From: Gammaproteobacteria bacterium
Lineage (GTDB): Bacteria; Pseudomonadota; Gammaproteobacteria; Eutrophobiales; Eutrophobiaceae
Assembly (NCBI GenBank): GCA_963422205.2
Contig: CAXMWX010000008.1
Coordinates: 1 to 34,004 of the forward strand
Direction of reading: 5' to 3'
DNA: 34,004 nt
Numbering within the stretch: position 1 is the stretch's first letter; the number at the start of each line of letters is the position of its first letter. The translations under genes and the position numbers were made by a program. Below are positions 9,753 through 18,996 of the stretch, piece by piece. Below the pieces are notes generated by a model. It was not told where the DNA came from. It worked only from the letters and a program-made list of their open reading frames with translations, and ran no database searches.

Positions 9753-12032
9753 TTAGGTATCCGAATGAGGGCCGGGCAGGGAGAGCGCTGATTCTGCTGC
9801 TTCTGTGGCGGGCCTGCCGTCATTTCCCTGCCTGTTTCCCTTAATATTTTCCTGGGGGGCCGTCACGGCGCTGTGCTTGCTGGCAGCGGTATCAGGTGAT
9901 TTCACATCGGCTTTGACCGCTGTTTGCACGGTGCTGCCGGACATCGTGCCAGGCTCGGCGTCCCTGTCAGCGGGGGTGCTTGCCATGGGATCAGGTGTCG
10001 CTTTTTGGACGGGCTCGCCGGTCATCTCGTCCGCCTTTGCCGGTTGGTTGGACTGATGATTTCTTTGCGGGTCACGATGTGCGCTGCTCTTCCGGTTCTG
10101 CTGACGGTTGCCATGGCGCTGACCACCGCTGCGGTTACGTTGATTGCGGCTACGGTTATAGGTGTTGTCGTTATCTTGTGTTTGTGTCGTGCTGTCAGCC
10201 GCATTCTGCCTGTGTTGGCGAGGTGCCCCCCGGCGCTGATTGCGGGTGCTGCTGCCACGGCGCCGACGGCGGCGATTCGTCTGTGTCGTTCGATCACCAG
10301 GGCTGTGTGTGTTCTCCTCCTCAGCGGTCTTGTCTTCCGTCCCGAACAGGCTGCCAAACAAGCGGGAGACCAGGCTCTTGCCCGTGCTGGTTTGCTGCGG
10401 GGCGGGCTTGCTGTGTATGGTCTGGGTGACTGCCGGTTTTTCCACCGCCCGGGCGGATTCACCCGACAGCGTATCGAGGATGTTGTCCTGTTTTTTATCG
10501 GCCAGCTCATAACTGCTTTTCTGCTGCCTGTCCTGTTCCATATCGGAAATTTTGTAGCGAACCACCCTGTACTGCGGCGTTTCCATCTGTGCATTGGGGA
10601 CGATCACGATGGCCACATCCAGCCGTTCTTCAAGTTCACGCAGGGATGTGCGTTTTTCATTCAACAGGAAGGTGGCCGCATCGACTGGCAGTTGGGCGGT
10701 AATACGTCCGGTCAAGTCCTTCATGGCCTCCTCTTCAATGAAGCGCAACACCGCCAGCGATAGCGATTTCACATCCCGTATGGTGCCTTGGCCATCGCAA
10801 CGCGGGCAAGGGATATGGCTGGATTCGCCCAAGGATGGGCGCAATCTCTGTCGCGACATTTCCAGTAAACCAAAGCGTGAGAGTCGGCCAATCTGTACCC
10901 GGGCACGATCCACGCGCATGGCATCTTTCAGCCGCCCCTCAACGGCACGCTGGTTTCTGTTTTGCATCATGTCGATGAAGTCGATGACGAACAGCCCGCC
11001 CATGTCGCGGATACGTAACTGCCTTGCGATCTCATCAGCCGCCTCCAGGTTGGTGTTCAGCGCCGTCTCCTCAATGTCATCGCCGGCGGTTGCACGGGCC
11101 GAGTTGATGTCGATCGAGGTGAGCGCCTCGGTATGATCGATCACCAGAGAGCCGCCTGAAGGCAGTCGCACCTCGCGCGCAAAGGCGGTCTCGATCTGTC
11201 CTTCAATCTGGTAGCGGCTGAACAGCGGCTCGGTCTCGCAATATAGCTTGAGTTTATCAAGGTTATGCGGCATGACCTGGTGCATAAACTCACGCGCACG
11301 ATCGAAAATATTCGCATCATCAATCCATATCTCCGCAATATCGTTACGCAGATAATCCCGAATCGCACGGATAATCACCTCGCTTTCCTGATAGATCAGA
11401 AAAGGGGCGCTTTTCTTGCTGGCGGCGACCTTGATAGATCTCCACAGGGTGAGCAGATAGTCCAGGTCCCATTGCAGCTCTTCGGCACTTTTCCCCACGC
11501 CCGCGGTACGCATGATCAAGCCCATGCCCTGCGGCACCTCCAGCGTACTCATCGCCTCCCGTGCTTCCGAGCGATCACTGCCGCCGATTTGCCGGGAGAC
11601 ACCGCCGGCGCGCGGGTTATTCGGCATCAGCACACAATAACGCCCGGCCAGGCTGACAAAGCTGGTCACCGCCGCCCCCTTGTTGCCGCGCTCTTCCTTT
11701 TCCAGTTGAATAATCATCTCCATGCCCACGTCCAGGGTTTCCTTGATATTGACCCGGCCGCGATTGTGTCCCTGATTGTGTCCTTGGGTTTTATCATCAA
11801 GCAGGTGGCGGGCAATTTCCTTGAAGGGCAGAAAACCGTGACGTTTGGCGCCATAGTCGACAAAAGCAGCTTCCAGGCTCGGTTCAATACGGGCAACGCG
11901 GCATTTGTAGATATTGGATTTTTTCTGCTCCCTGCCCGTGGCTTCGATATCCAGGTCGTAAAGTTTTTGCCCATCCACGAGCGCCACCCGCAACTCTTCC
12001 GGCTGCGTGGCATTAATCAACATTCTTTTCAT
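9753..12032 (-). CDS. rne: Ribonuclease E (759 aa)
   Basis: [22 protein letters not shown] start with AAGGA RBS (ATG at 12032, not 12092). S1 domain, IDINS and IDFIDM catalytic motifs, Zn-link CPRC, amphipathic [12 protein letters not shown], Arg-rich disordered tail. Confidence 0.98.
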   Translation of the reverse strand: MKRMLINATQPEELRVALVDGQKLYDLDIEATGREQKKSNIYKCRVARIEPSLEAAFVDYGAKRHGFLPFKEIARHLLDDKTQGHNQGHNRGRVNIKETLDVGMEMIIQLEKEERGNKGAAVTSFVSLAGRYCVLMPNNPRAGGVSRQIGGSDRSEAREAMSTLEVPQGMGLIMRTAGVGKSAEELQWDLDYLLTLWRSIKVAASKKSAPFLIYQESEVIIRAIRDYLRNDIAEIWIDDANIFDRAREFMHQVMPHNLDKLKLYCETEPLFSRYQIEGQIETAFAREVRLPSGGSLVIDHTEALTSIDINSARATAGDDIEETALNTNLEAADEIARQLRIRDMGGLFVIDFIDMMQNRNQRAVEGRLKDAMRVDRARVQIGRLSRFGLLEMSRQRLRPSLGESSHIPCPRCDGQGTIRDVKSLSLAVLRFIEEEAMKDLTGRITAQLPVDAATFLLNEKRTSLRELEERLDVAIVIVPNAQMETPQYRVVRYKISDMEQDRQQKSSYELADKKQDNILDTLSGESARAVEKPAVTQTIHSKPAPQQTSTGKSLVSRLFGSLFGTEDKTAEEENTHSPGDRTTQTNRRRRRRGSSTRNQRRGAPRQHRQNAADSTTQTQDNDNTYNRSRNQRNRSGGQRHGNRQQNRKSSAHRDPQRNHQSNQPAKADEMTGEPVQKATPDPMASTPADRDAEPGTMSGSTVQTAVKADVKSPDTAASKHSAVTAPQENIKGNRQGNDGRPATEAAESALSLPGPHSDT

Positions 12033-12397
12033 TGTTATTTCCTTAAAATCATGTGCCCGCCCGTGCGGCGGCCAGGCCCCTGACCCGTGCATTTACTGAC
12101 AGCAGGCCAAGCTGCCCAGTCACATTGGCCGTTCAGCCAGGGGCTAGTCGTACTGAAAATCTGACCCCAGAACAACCCCGGGTAATCCAGGGCAACCCCC
12201 AGGGTGCCTGTATCGTTGCACGGCGTAAGTTGTGCGCTGCAAGATACATCCCTAAGTGAATCTGCTGGATGAGGGGGCAAACGGCGCAACCAGTCGGCGT
12301 GCCGCTCGGATGGTTACATCTGTTACCCGCTGCATCACATAAAGACAAATGCCCTTTGATCGCTTATCCTGCAGGCTGGTCAATCCGCTGGATTGAC
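12033..12397 (-). promoter_or_regulatory. Long structured rne 5' leader (probable autoregulatory element)
   Basis: About 365 nt between the predicted +1 and the ATG, with hairpins at 12379-12397, 12282-12304 and 12209-12248. Confidence 0.65.
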
Positions 12398-12403
12398 GGG
12401 CTT

Positions 12404-12432
12404 ACTATACCAAGCCTGGCCTTGGGCGGCAA
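12404..12432 (-). promoter_or_regulatory. Putative sigma70 promoter of rne
   Basis: Minus strand TTGCCG-17 bp-TATAGT with TG at the extended -10 position. Confidence 0.65.
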
Positions 12433-12447
12433 TGCAAAAATTCCTAC

Positions 12448-13399
12448 ATGTCTCGGATTATTAACAGGAAATCGAACCTTCTCAGGATGGATTCCGAACA
12501 TGCCGGACGGCGGATTGATAATTTTCTGCTGGCATATCTTAACAGCCTGCCCAAAAGTCGGGTCTATCAGATGCTGCGGCGGGGTGAAGTGCGGATCAAT
12601 GGAGGTCGGATAAAACCGGGCTATCGGCTGCAACCCGGCGATCAGCTGCGCCTGCCGCCCGTCAGATCAGCACAACCGCCCAGGGCCAGCCGGCCACCGG
12701 AGCACCTGCTGGGGTTGATCAAAGACAGCATCATCTACCAGGACGCCAACGTGCTGGCCATCAACAAGCCGGCCGGCCTTGTGGTACACAGCGGCACGGG
12801 GGCGCCGCTATGGCGTCATTGACTTGCTGCGCCATACCATGCAGGCAGACAAGGCAGAGTTGCAACTGGTACACCGGCTGGATCAGGACACCTCCGGCTG
12901 TCTGTTGCTGGCACGCAACATGCCCACCTTGCGCCGGCTGCATGCGGCCTTCCAAGCGGGTGAGATAGACAAGACCTACCAGGCCCTGCTTGTCGGTGTC
13001 ATGCAGCCGCGGCGGGAGACTGTTGCCGTGGCGTTGACCACGAACCGCCAGGTGGCGGGGGAGCGCATGGTAGCGGTTGATCCGGCGGGCAAAGAGGCGG
13101 TGTCCTGTTTTCAACGCTTGCAGCGGTTCGCCGATACCAGCCACGTCCAGATCACGCCAAATACCGGCAGAACGCACCAGATTCGCGTCCATGCGCGCTA
13201 TCTGGGTCATCCGGTGGCTGGCGATCGAAAATATGGCGATAAAGCGGCCAACAAGCGGCTGCGCCAACGCGGGTTGAAGCGGATGTTCCTGCATGCCAGC
13301 GAACTGTGCTTTCCAGACCCGCTGACAGGCCATCAGCGCTGCCTGAAGGCCGACTTGACGGCGGATTTACAGGCCCTGCTAAAATCGTATACTGAATGA
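12448..13399 (+). pseudogene. rluC: 23S rRNA pseudouridine synthase RluC, split by a +1 frameshift (real lesion or sequencing error)
   Basis: S4 domain (GRRIDNFL..LPKSRVY) and NKPAGLVVH lie in one frame; HRLDQDTSG and TGRTHQIRVH lie in another. Removing one G from GGGGG at 12798-12802 gives a 316-aa protein. Confidence 0.9.
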
Positions 13400-13429
13400 A
13401 AAATAACCTAAAACATCAACTACTTGCGC

Positions 13430-13464
13430 CCCTCTGTCCTCTGACCTCCGTCCTCTGTCCTCCG
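13430..13464. repeat. Five tandem heptamers (consensus TCCTCYG)
   Basis: CCCTCTG TCCTCTG ACCTCCG TCCTCTG TCCTCCG read directly. Confidence 0.85.
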
Positions 13465-13471
13465 TTATGGA

Positions 13472-13501
13472 TTGTCTGTCAGAGTTCATAGCATGTATAC
13501 T
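13472..13501 (+). promoter_or_regulatory. Putative sigma70 promoter of the S49 peptidase gene
   Basis: TTGTCT-18 bp-TATACT, 28 bp upstream of the ATG. Confidence 0.45.
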
Positions 13502-13529
13502 GTCGTGATGCACAACGGCGGTAACACCA

Positions 13530-14507
13530 ATGGATAACAACACACCAGAACAACAGACCACCCCCCGGCCCGGGGCAGCACCGGATGAGCAGGCAATCGT
13601 CAACCGGATTGCCCGTGAGTTTCTGCATGAACAACGTCTGGCCAGACGCTGGGGGATTGGTTTTAAGCTGTTTATCAGCCTGTATTTACTATCATTTTTT
13701 GTCATTTACCTGGCAGAGCGCACTGGCGGCATTGATGCGGAGATCAGCACAGATGGGCATACCGCACTGATTGACATCAGCGGGGCGATCGCCAGCACCA
13801 CAGAGGCGAATGCGGATGATGTAACCCGGGGTCTCAGGCGTGCTTTCGAAGATGAGAACACCCGGGGCCTCATCATCCGTATCAACAGCCCCGGCGGCAG
13901 CCCGGTGCAGTCGGGGTATATCAATGATGAGATCATGCGCCTGAAGCAGGCACATCCTGATATTCCCGTGTATGCGGTGATCGGCGATATCTGCGCCTCC
14001 GGCGGGTATTACATCGCCTCGGCGGCGGATTATATCTACGCTGACAAGGCCAGCCTGGTGGGATCGATCGGTGTGATCATGGCCGGTTTCGGCTTTGTTG
14101 AGGCGATAAAAAAACTCGGCATCGAACGCCGGGTGATGTATGCCGGTGAAAACAAGGCCTGGCTGGACCCCTTCAGCCCGCTAAAGCCAGGCGAAGTCGT
14201 GCATACCGATGCCTTGCTGGATGACATCTACCAGCAATTTGTGGAGGTGGTGAAGGCCGGGCGGGGCGACCGGCTGGCCGATGATGAGCAGATATTTTCC
14301 GGCCTGATCTGGACGGGTGAACAGTCGGTGGCGCTGGGGCTGGTGGACGGGCTTGGCAGCCCCGGTTATGTTGCCAGAGAGCTGATCAATGCCGAGCATA
14401 TCGTTGATTTCAGCTATCGGGACAACCTGCTGGAACGGTTTGCCAAACAGATCGGGGCAAGCCTCTATAATCATTTTATGAGTCAAAATTATTTTCAATA
14501 TAAATAG
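13530..14507 (+). CDS. sppA: S49-family signal peptide peptidase (short SppA type)
   Basis: N-terminal TM helix, RINSPGGSPVQS, CASGGYYIAS, GSIGVI, GLVDGLG. Typical position between rluC and maf. Confidence 0.9.
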   Translation: MDNNTPEQQTTPRPGAAPDEQAIVNRIAREFLHEQRLARRWGIGFKLFISLYLLSFFVIYLAERTGGIDAEISTDGHTALIDISGAIASTTEANADDVTRGLRRAFEDENTRGLIIRINSPGGSPVQSGYINDEIMRLKQAHPDIPVYAVIGDICASGGYYIASAADYIYADKASLVGSIGVIMAGFGFVEAIKKLGIERRVMYAGENKAWLDPFSPLKPGEVVHTDALLDDIYQQFVEVVKAGRGDRLADDEQIFSGLIWTGEQSVALGLVDGLGSPGYVARELINAEHIVDFSYRDNLLERFAKQIGASLYNHFMSQNYFQYK

Positions 14508-14524
14508 ATAGTTAAAATATTTAT

Positions 14525-15109
14525 TTAAGGTAAATTCAAGCCCTGGGCGCGCAATAATTCAGCCGTTTTTATCAACGGTAAACCGACCAGTGCCGTGCTG
14601 TCTTCGGTCAGTACGGACTGGAACAACGTGATGCCATAGCCCTCGGATTTGAAGCTGCCGGCACAATCCCAGGGGCGCTCTTTATCGACATAGCGCTCGA
14701 TTTCGGCCAGCGACAGGTCACGGAAGCGAACCTCCACGGGCACCACATCCACCTCCACCTGCCGGGTGCTGGCGTTTAGCACACACACACTGGTATAGAC
14801 CATGACCTTCTCGCCGGATTGCTGCTGTAGCTGGGCGATGGCCGTGTCCTTATCGCCCGGTTTGCCCAGCAACTCGCCGGCGGCAACCACGGCCTGATCA
14901 GAGGCAATAACAAGCGCGGGGGATTCCGTCCTGGCGATGGCTTGCGCCTTTTGCAGGGCCAGGCGGTAGACCAGCGCCACTGGCCTCTCGTCTGCTTGTG
15001 GCGATTCATCAATCGCCGGTGAGATGCAGCGAAAGTTGCGTATCAGACGCTCAAGCAGGCTTCGGCGATAGCGGGAGGAGGAGGCCAGTATCAGGTGCAT
15101 GGTAATCAT
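14525..15109 (-). CDS. yceF: Maf-family nucleotide pyrophosphatase, YceF subtype
   Basis: LILASSSRYR, SDQ signature, LGKPG, CAGSFKSEG, ALVGLPLI. Divergent from yceD. Start may be 15100. Confidence 0.9.
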   Translation of the reverse strand: MITMHLILASSSRYRRSLLERLIRNFRCISPAIDESPQADERPVALVYRLALQKAQAIARTESPALVIASDQAVVAAGELLGKPGDKDTAIAQLQQQSGEKVMVYTSVCVLNASTRQVEVDVVPVEVRFRDLSLAEIERYVDKERPWDCAGSFKSEGYGITLFQSVLTEDSTALVGLPLIKTAELLRAQGLNLP

Positions 15110-15219
15110 CGGTGCAGTTTTTCAGGTATACCCTCATGGCAACATATAAATGCTTATCAAGTCAATAAGTTAGCACAAGTAACATGTCAGTTTTTCTGGT
15201 CAATTTTGCGGCGGGCTTT

Positions 15220-15248
15220 TTGACAGCCACGCCAACTGTGGCTACACT
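15220..15248 (+). promoter_or_regulatory. Sigma70 promoter of the yceD-rpmF-plsX-fab operon
   Basis: TTGACA-17 bp-TACACT followed by GC-rich TGCCCGCC. Confidence 0.7.
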
Positions 15249-15258
15249 TGCCCGCCTG

Positions 15259-15771
15259 ATGCCGCCAGAGTTGCCGCCGTTTATTGATCTACTCCGATTG
15301 GCTGCTGTCAATGAGACACTCAAGGGGGGCTTGCAGGCAGATAGCATGAACCGCCTCAAGGATGCCGTCAAGCACACCGATGGGATGGCCCAAGCTGTGC
15401 TGCGGTTTTTTCAGGACGAGGCGGCCGCTGTGCATGTTCGAGGCACTGTCAGGCTGTGTGTTGAGGTGCTGTGTCAGCGATGTTTGCTGCCCATGAGGCT
15501 TGAACTGGCCAGTGCCGTTGCAGTCATGATAGTGGGTGATGAGGCCGACATCCCGCACCATCAGGCGGAGGTTGAGCCGCTGGTACATGATTCGGCGCAT
15601 GGCGGTGAGCATTTTTATCTGGCAGAGTTTGTTGAGGATGAGCTTTTGCTGGCATTGCCGGTCGCCCCGGTGCATACCGCCCCCCGGTGTACTGCAACGC
15701 AGGTGATGCAGCCGCATCGTGCCACGGCGGCGAGTCCGTTTGCCGTGTTGCAGGATTTACTTAAAAGATAA
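15259..15771 (+). CDS. yceD: YceD/DUF177 large ribosomal subunit accumulation protein
   Basis: CQRCL and VEDELLLALPVAPVH motifs, C-terminal SPFAVL. Upstream of rpmF. Start placed at 15259 because the promoter lies inside the longer ORF. Confidence 0.9.
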   Translation: MPPELPPFIDLLRLAAVNETLKGGLQADSMNRLKDAVKHTDGMAQAVLRFFQDEAAAVHVRGTVRLCVEVLCQRCLLPMRLELASAVAVMIVGDEADIPHHQAEVEPLVHDSAHGGEHFYLAEFVEDELLLALPVAPVHTAPRCTATQVMQPHRATAASPFAVLQDLLKR

Positions 15772-15793
15772 AAACCTTGATAAGGAGTGAAAC

Positions 15794-15979
15794 ATGGCCG
15801 TTCAAAAAACCAAAAAGTCCAAATCCAGGCGTAACATGCGGCGCTCGCATGATGCCTTGATGCCAGCGACGACTTCCATTGAGCCGACAACGGGGGAGGT
15901 ACACAGGCGGCATCATGTCAGCGCCGAGGGGTATTATCGCGGCCGCCAGGTCATCCAGACTGCCGATGATTCGGATTAG
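15794..15979 (+). CDS. rpmF: 50S ribosomal protein L32 (Cys-free form)
   Basis: [19 protein letters not shown]...GEVHRRHHV...GYYRG. Strong AAGGAG RBS. Confidence 0.98.
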   Translation: MAVQKTKKSKSRRNMRRSHDALMPATTSIEPTTGEVHRRHHVSAEGYYRGRQVIQTADDSD

Positions 15980-16042
15980 CCGTGCCCGGCGGCTGGTCTA
16001 GCCGTCCACGCCTGCACTAACCGCCATCTGCAACGTACCAGC

Positions 16043-17056
16043 ATGACGATTCGTATTGCCCTGGATGCCATGGGCGGTGATCACGGCCCGGATGAAATCA
16101 TCCCGGCCGCCTTGCAGAGCCTGAAAAAACACCCGGAGTTGTATCTCTTGCTGGTGGGGCAGAAAGAGGTCCTGGAAGCCAGGCTGGCGTCATTTCCGGC
16201 CACGTACAACACACGCTATGAGCTGATTGATGCGCGCGAGCTGGTGACGATGCACGAGCCGCCCTCCCTCGCATTGCGTAACAAAAAAGACTCCTCCATG
16301 CGTATCGCCATAGAGCAGGTGAAAAACGGCCAGGCACAGGCCTGCGTCAGCGCCGGCAATACGGGCGCCCTGATGGCCATCTCACGTTTTGTGCTGAAGA
16401 TGCTGCCAGGTATCGATCGACCGGCAATCTGCACCACCATACCCGGCATTAATGGCGATACCTGCATCCTTGACCTGGGGGCGAATGTGGATTCCGATGC
16501 CGAGCAGTTATTTCAGTTTGCCGTCATGGGGGTGGAACTCAGCAGCGCTGTGCATAACATGCCGCAGCCGGCTGTCGGCCTGCTGAATGTGGGTGCTGAG
16601 GAGATCAAGGGCAATGACCGGGTCAAACAGGCGGCCTTGTTGCTGACAAACAGCCACCTGAATTATTATGGTTTTGTCGAGGGCAATGATATGTATACAG
16701 GCGAAGTCGATGTGATTGTCTGTGATGGTTTTGTCGGCAATGTCGCCCTGAAGGCCAGCGAGGGCGTGGCCGCTTTGCTGACCCATCATGCAAAATCGAC
16801 TTTTGAGAGTACCTTCTATGGGCGGCTGGCCGCCACGGTCTGCCTGCCCGTGCTGCGGGCAATCAATCAAAAAATTGATCCGCGGCATTATAATGGCGCC
16901 AGTTTGCTGGGATTACGGGGCATAGTCGTCAAGAGTCATGGCAGTGCCGATCAAATTTCCTTTGCCCATGCCATAGAAGAAGCGATGCTTGAAGTGGAGA
17001 AAAACGTGCCGGACCGAATAAACCATCGCCTGGAAAAGCTGCTGGCTGGCGATTAG
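16043..17056 (+). CDS. plsX: Phosphate acyltransferase PlsX
   Basis: IALDAMGGDHGP, SAGNTGA, LDLGAN, DGFVGNVALK, KSHG. Confidence 0.98.
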   Translation: MTIRIALDAMGGDHGPDEIIPAALQSLKKHPELYLLLVGQKEVLEARLASFPATYNTRYELIDARELVTMHEPPSLALRNKKDSSMRIAIEQVKNGQAQACVSAGNTGALMAISRFVLKMLPGIDRPAICTTIPGINGDTCILDLGANVDSDAEQLFQFAVMGVELSSAVHNMPQPAVGLLNVGAEEIKGNDRVKQAALLLTNSHLNYYGFVEGNDMYTGEVDVIVCDGFVGNVALKASEGVAALLTHHAKSTFESTFYGRLAATVCLPVLRAINQKIDPRHYNGASLLGLRGIVVKSHGSADQISFAHAIEEAMLEVEKNVPDRINHRLEKLLAGD

Positions 17057-17070
17057 ATCATCATCAGCCG

Positions 17071-18027
17071 ATGTCGTATTCCCGGATCATTGCCACGGGC
17101 AGCTACCTGCCGCAACGAATCATGCCCAATGCCGAGCTGGAGGCATTGGTCAATACCTCGGATGCGTGGATACAGAGCCGTACCGGCATACATCAGCGGC
17201 ATATCGCCGCAGCGGATGAGACGGCATCGACCATGGCCTGTACCGCCGCACAGCGCGCCCTGGCGGCTGCCGACATTGACGTTGACAGCATTGACTTGCT
17301 CATCCTGGCCACCTCCACGCCGGATCTGATCTACCCCAGCACCGCCTGCCTGCTCCAGGCCCGGCTGGGCATAAGCAATGCCGCCCCGGCCTTTGATCTG
17401 CAAGCGGTCTGCTGCGGTTTTGTGTACGCCCTGAGTGTGGCAGATAAATTTATTCACACCGGGGCAGCGAGCCGGGCGCTGGTGGTCGGCGTGGACATCA
17501 ACTCCCGGCTGCTTGACTGGCACGACAGAACCACCTGCGTCTTGTTTGGTGATGGCGCCGGGGCGGTGGTGCTGGAACGGTCGGCAGCGCCGGGCGTCTA
17601 CAAGACCGTGCTGCATGCCGATGGGCGATATGCAAACCTTCTCCAGGTGCCCTCCGGCATCTCCGCCCCCTCGGATGATCCGCATATCCGCATGCAGGGC
17701 AGCGAGGTATTCAAGTTCGCCGTCAAGGCGATGGGGGAGATCGTTGATGAGACGCTGGCTGGCACGGGCATCGACCAGGCCGACATCACCTGGCTGGTGC
17801 CGCATCAGGCGAATGAGCGCATCATCAGCGCAACGGCGAAAAAACTGAATTTGTCCATGGACAACGTCATCCTGACTGTTGCCGATCATGGCAATACCTC
17901 GGCCGCTTCCATCCCGCTGGCACTGGATACCGGCGTCAAGGATGGCCGTATCCGGCGGGATGACATGCTGCTGCTGGAGGCAGTCGGCGGCGGTTTCACC
18001 TGGGGTGCTGCCCTCATACGTTATTAA
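17071..18027 (+). CDS. fabH: 3-oxoacyl-ACP synthase III
   Basis: Cys-His-Asn triad motifs AVCCGF, PHQAN, GNTSAAS; LFGDGAGA; GGGFTWG. Confidence 0.98.
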   Translation: MSYSRIIATGSYLPQRIMPNAELEALVNTSDAWIQSRTGIHQRHIAAADETASTMACTAAQRALAAADIDVDSIDLLILATSTPDLIYPSTACLLQARLGISNAAPAFDLQAVCCGFVYALSVADKFIHTGAASRALVVGVDINSRLLDWHDRTTCVLFGDGAGAVVLERSAAPGVYKTVLHADGRYANLLQVPSGISAPSDDPHIRMQGSEVFKFAVKAMGEIVDETLAGTGIDQADITWLVPHQANERIISATAKKLNLSMDNVILTVADHGNTSAASIPLALDTGVKDGRIRRDDMLLLEAVGGGFTWGAALIRY

Positions 18028-18045
18028 GATGATTTCACATCACCG

Positions 18046-18996
18046 ATGAGTAACAGCATGAATAAACTTGCCTTTGTCTTCCCCGGGCAAGGCTCACAAA
18101 CCATCGGAATGTGCGCCGACCTGGCCCGCCATAACAGCCTGGTGCAAGAGACCTTTGCGCTGGCTTCGGCAGAATTGGGCTATGATCTCTGGCAACGGGT
18201 GCAGGCCGGGCCCGAGGAGGCGTTAAACCGCACCGAAGTGACCCAGCCGGCCCTGTTGAGTGCCAGTTATGCCATCTGGCAGCTTTGGTGCGCCAAGCAG
18301 GGGAGGCGGCCGGATGTGGTTGCCGGCCACAGCTTAGGAGAGTACGCGGCGCTGGTGTGTGCCGGGGTGCTGGACTTTACCGCTGCCGTCAGCCTGGTGC
18401 AGCAGCGGGGCCGCTTGATGCAGCAGGCGGTACCGGCAGGGCAGGGCGGGATGGCGGCGATCATCGGTCTGGATGAGGCGGCGGTCGACCAGATATGCGA
18501 TCAGGCGGCGGCCGATGGGGCAGTATCAGCGGCCAATTTCAATGCGCCCGGACAGGTGGTGATCGCCGGCACGGCGGCGGCGGTTGAGCGTGCCTGTGCC
18601 GGGGCGAGATCACGGGGTGCAAAGATGGCAAAACCCCTTGATGTCAGTGTGCCAGCCCATTGTGTGCTGATGCAACCGGCCGCCGAGGCGTTTGCCGAGG
18701 TGCTGGAAGCCTTGCCGTTCAAGCCGCCGGCAATCCCGATCATCCAAAACACCGATGCCGATGTGAACAGCGACCCCGACATCATCAGAAAGACGCTGTT
18801 AGAGCAACTCTACCGCCCGGTGCGCTGGCGGCAATCGGTCTTGAAGATGGCCGGGATGGGGGTGACACAGAGCGTTGAGTGCGGCCCGGGCCGGGTGCTG
18901 ACCGGGCTGGGGCGGCGTATCAGCAAGGCGATCAATCATCATGCCCTTAACGATGCAGCCACGCTTGAACAAACCCTGCGGGCGGTGGCGGCATGA
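18046..18996 (+). CDS. fabD: Malonyl-CoA:ACP transacylase
   Basis: FVFPGQGSQ, TQPALL, GHSLGEY, VSVPAH, ECGPG. Start may be 18058. Confidence 0.98.
   Translation: MSNSMNKLAFVFPGQGSQTIGMCADLARHNSLVQETFALASAELGYDLWQRVQAGPEEALNRTEVTQPALLSASYAIWQLWCAKQGRRPDVVAGHSLGEYAALVCAGVLDFTAAVSLVQQRGRLMQQAVPAGQGGMAAIIGLDEAAVDQICDQAAADGAVSAANFNAPGQVVIAGTAAAVERACAGARSRGAKMAKPLDVSVPAHCVLMQPAAEAFAEVLEALPFKPPAIPIIQNTDADVNSDPDIIRKTLLEQLYRPVRWRQSVLKMAGMGVTQSVECGPGRVLTGLGRRISKAINHHALNDAATLEQTLRAVAA

Noticed and set aside
9924-12083. Long plus-strand ORFs (279, 272, 180 aa) opposite rne, and similar antisense ORFs opposite fabH and the PLP enzyme
   Set aside because: Shadow ORFs expected from GC-rich codon usage opposite well-supported genes; no motifs.
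12033-12092. Upstream extension of rne and small ORFs in the rne-rluC gap
   Set aside because: The conserved start MKRMLIN has its own RBS. The small ORFs overlap the structured leader and promoter and are not protein-like.
13430-13464. CRISPR-like or VNTR-coding interpretation of the heptamer tract (ORF 13379-13705 minus)
   Set aside because: There are no spacers or cas genes. The ORF overlaps sppA antisense and its EDRGRRSEDR segment simply reflects the repeat.
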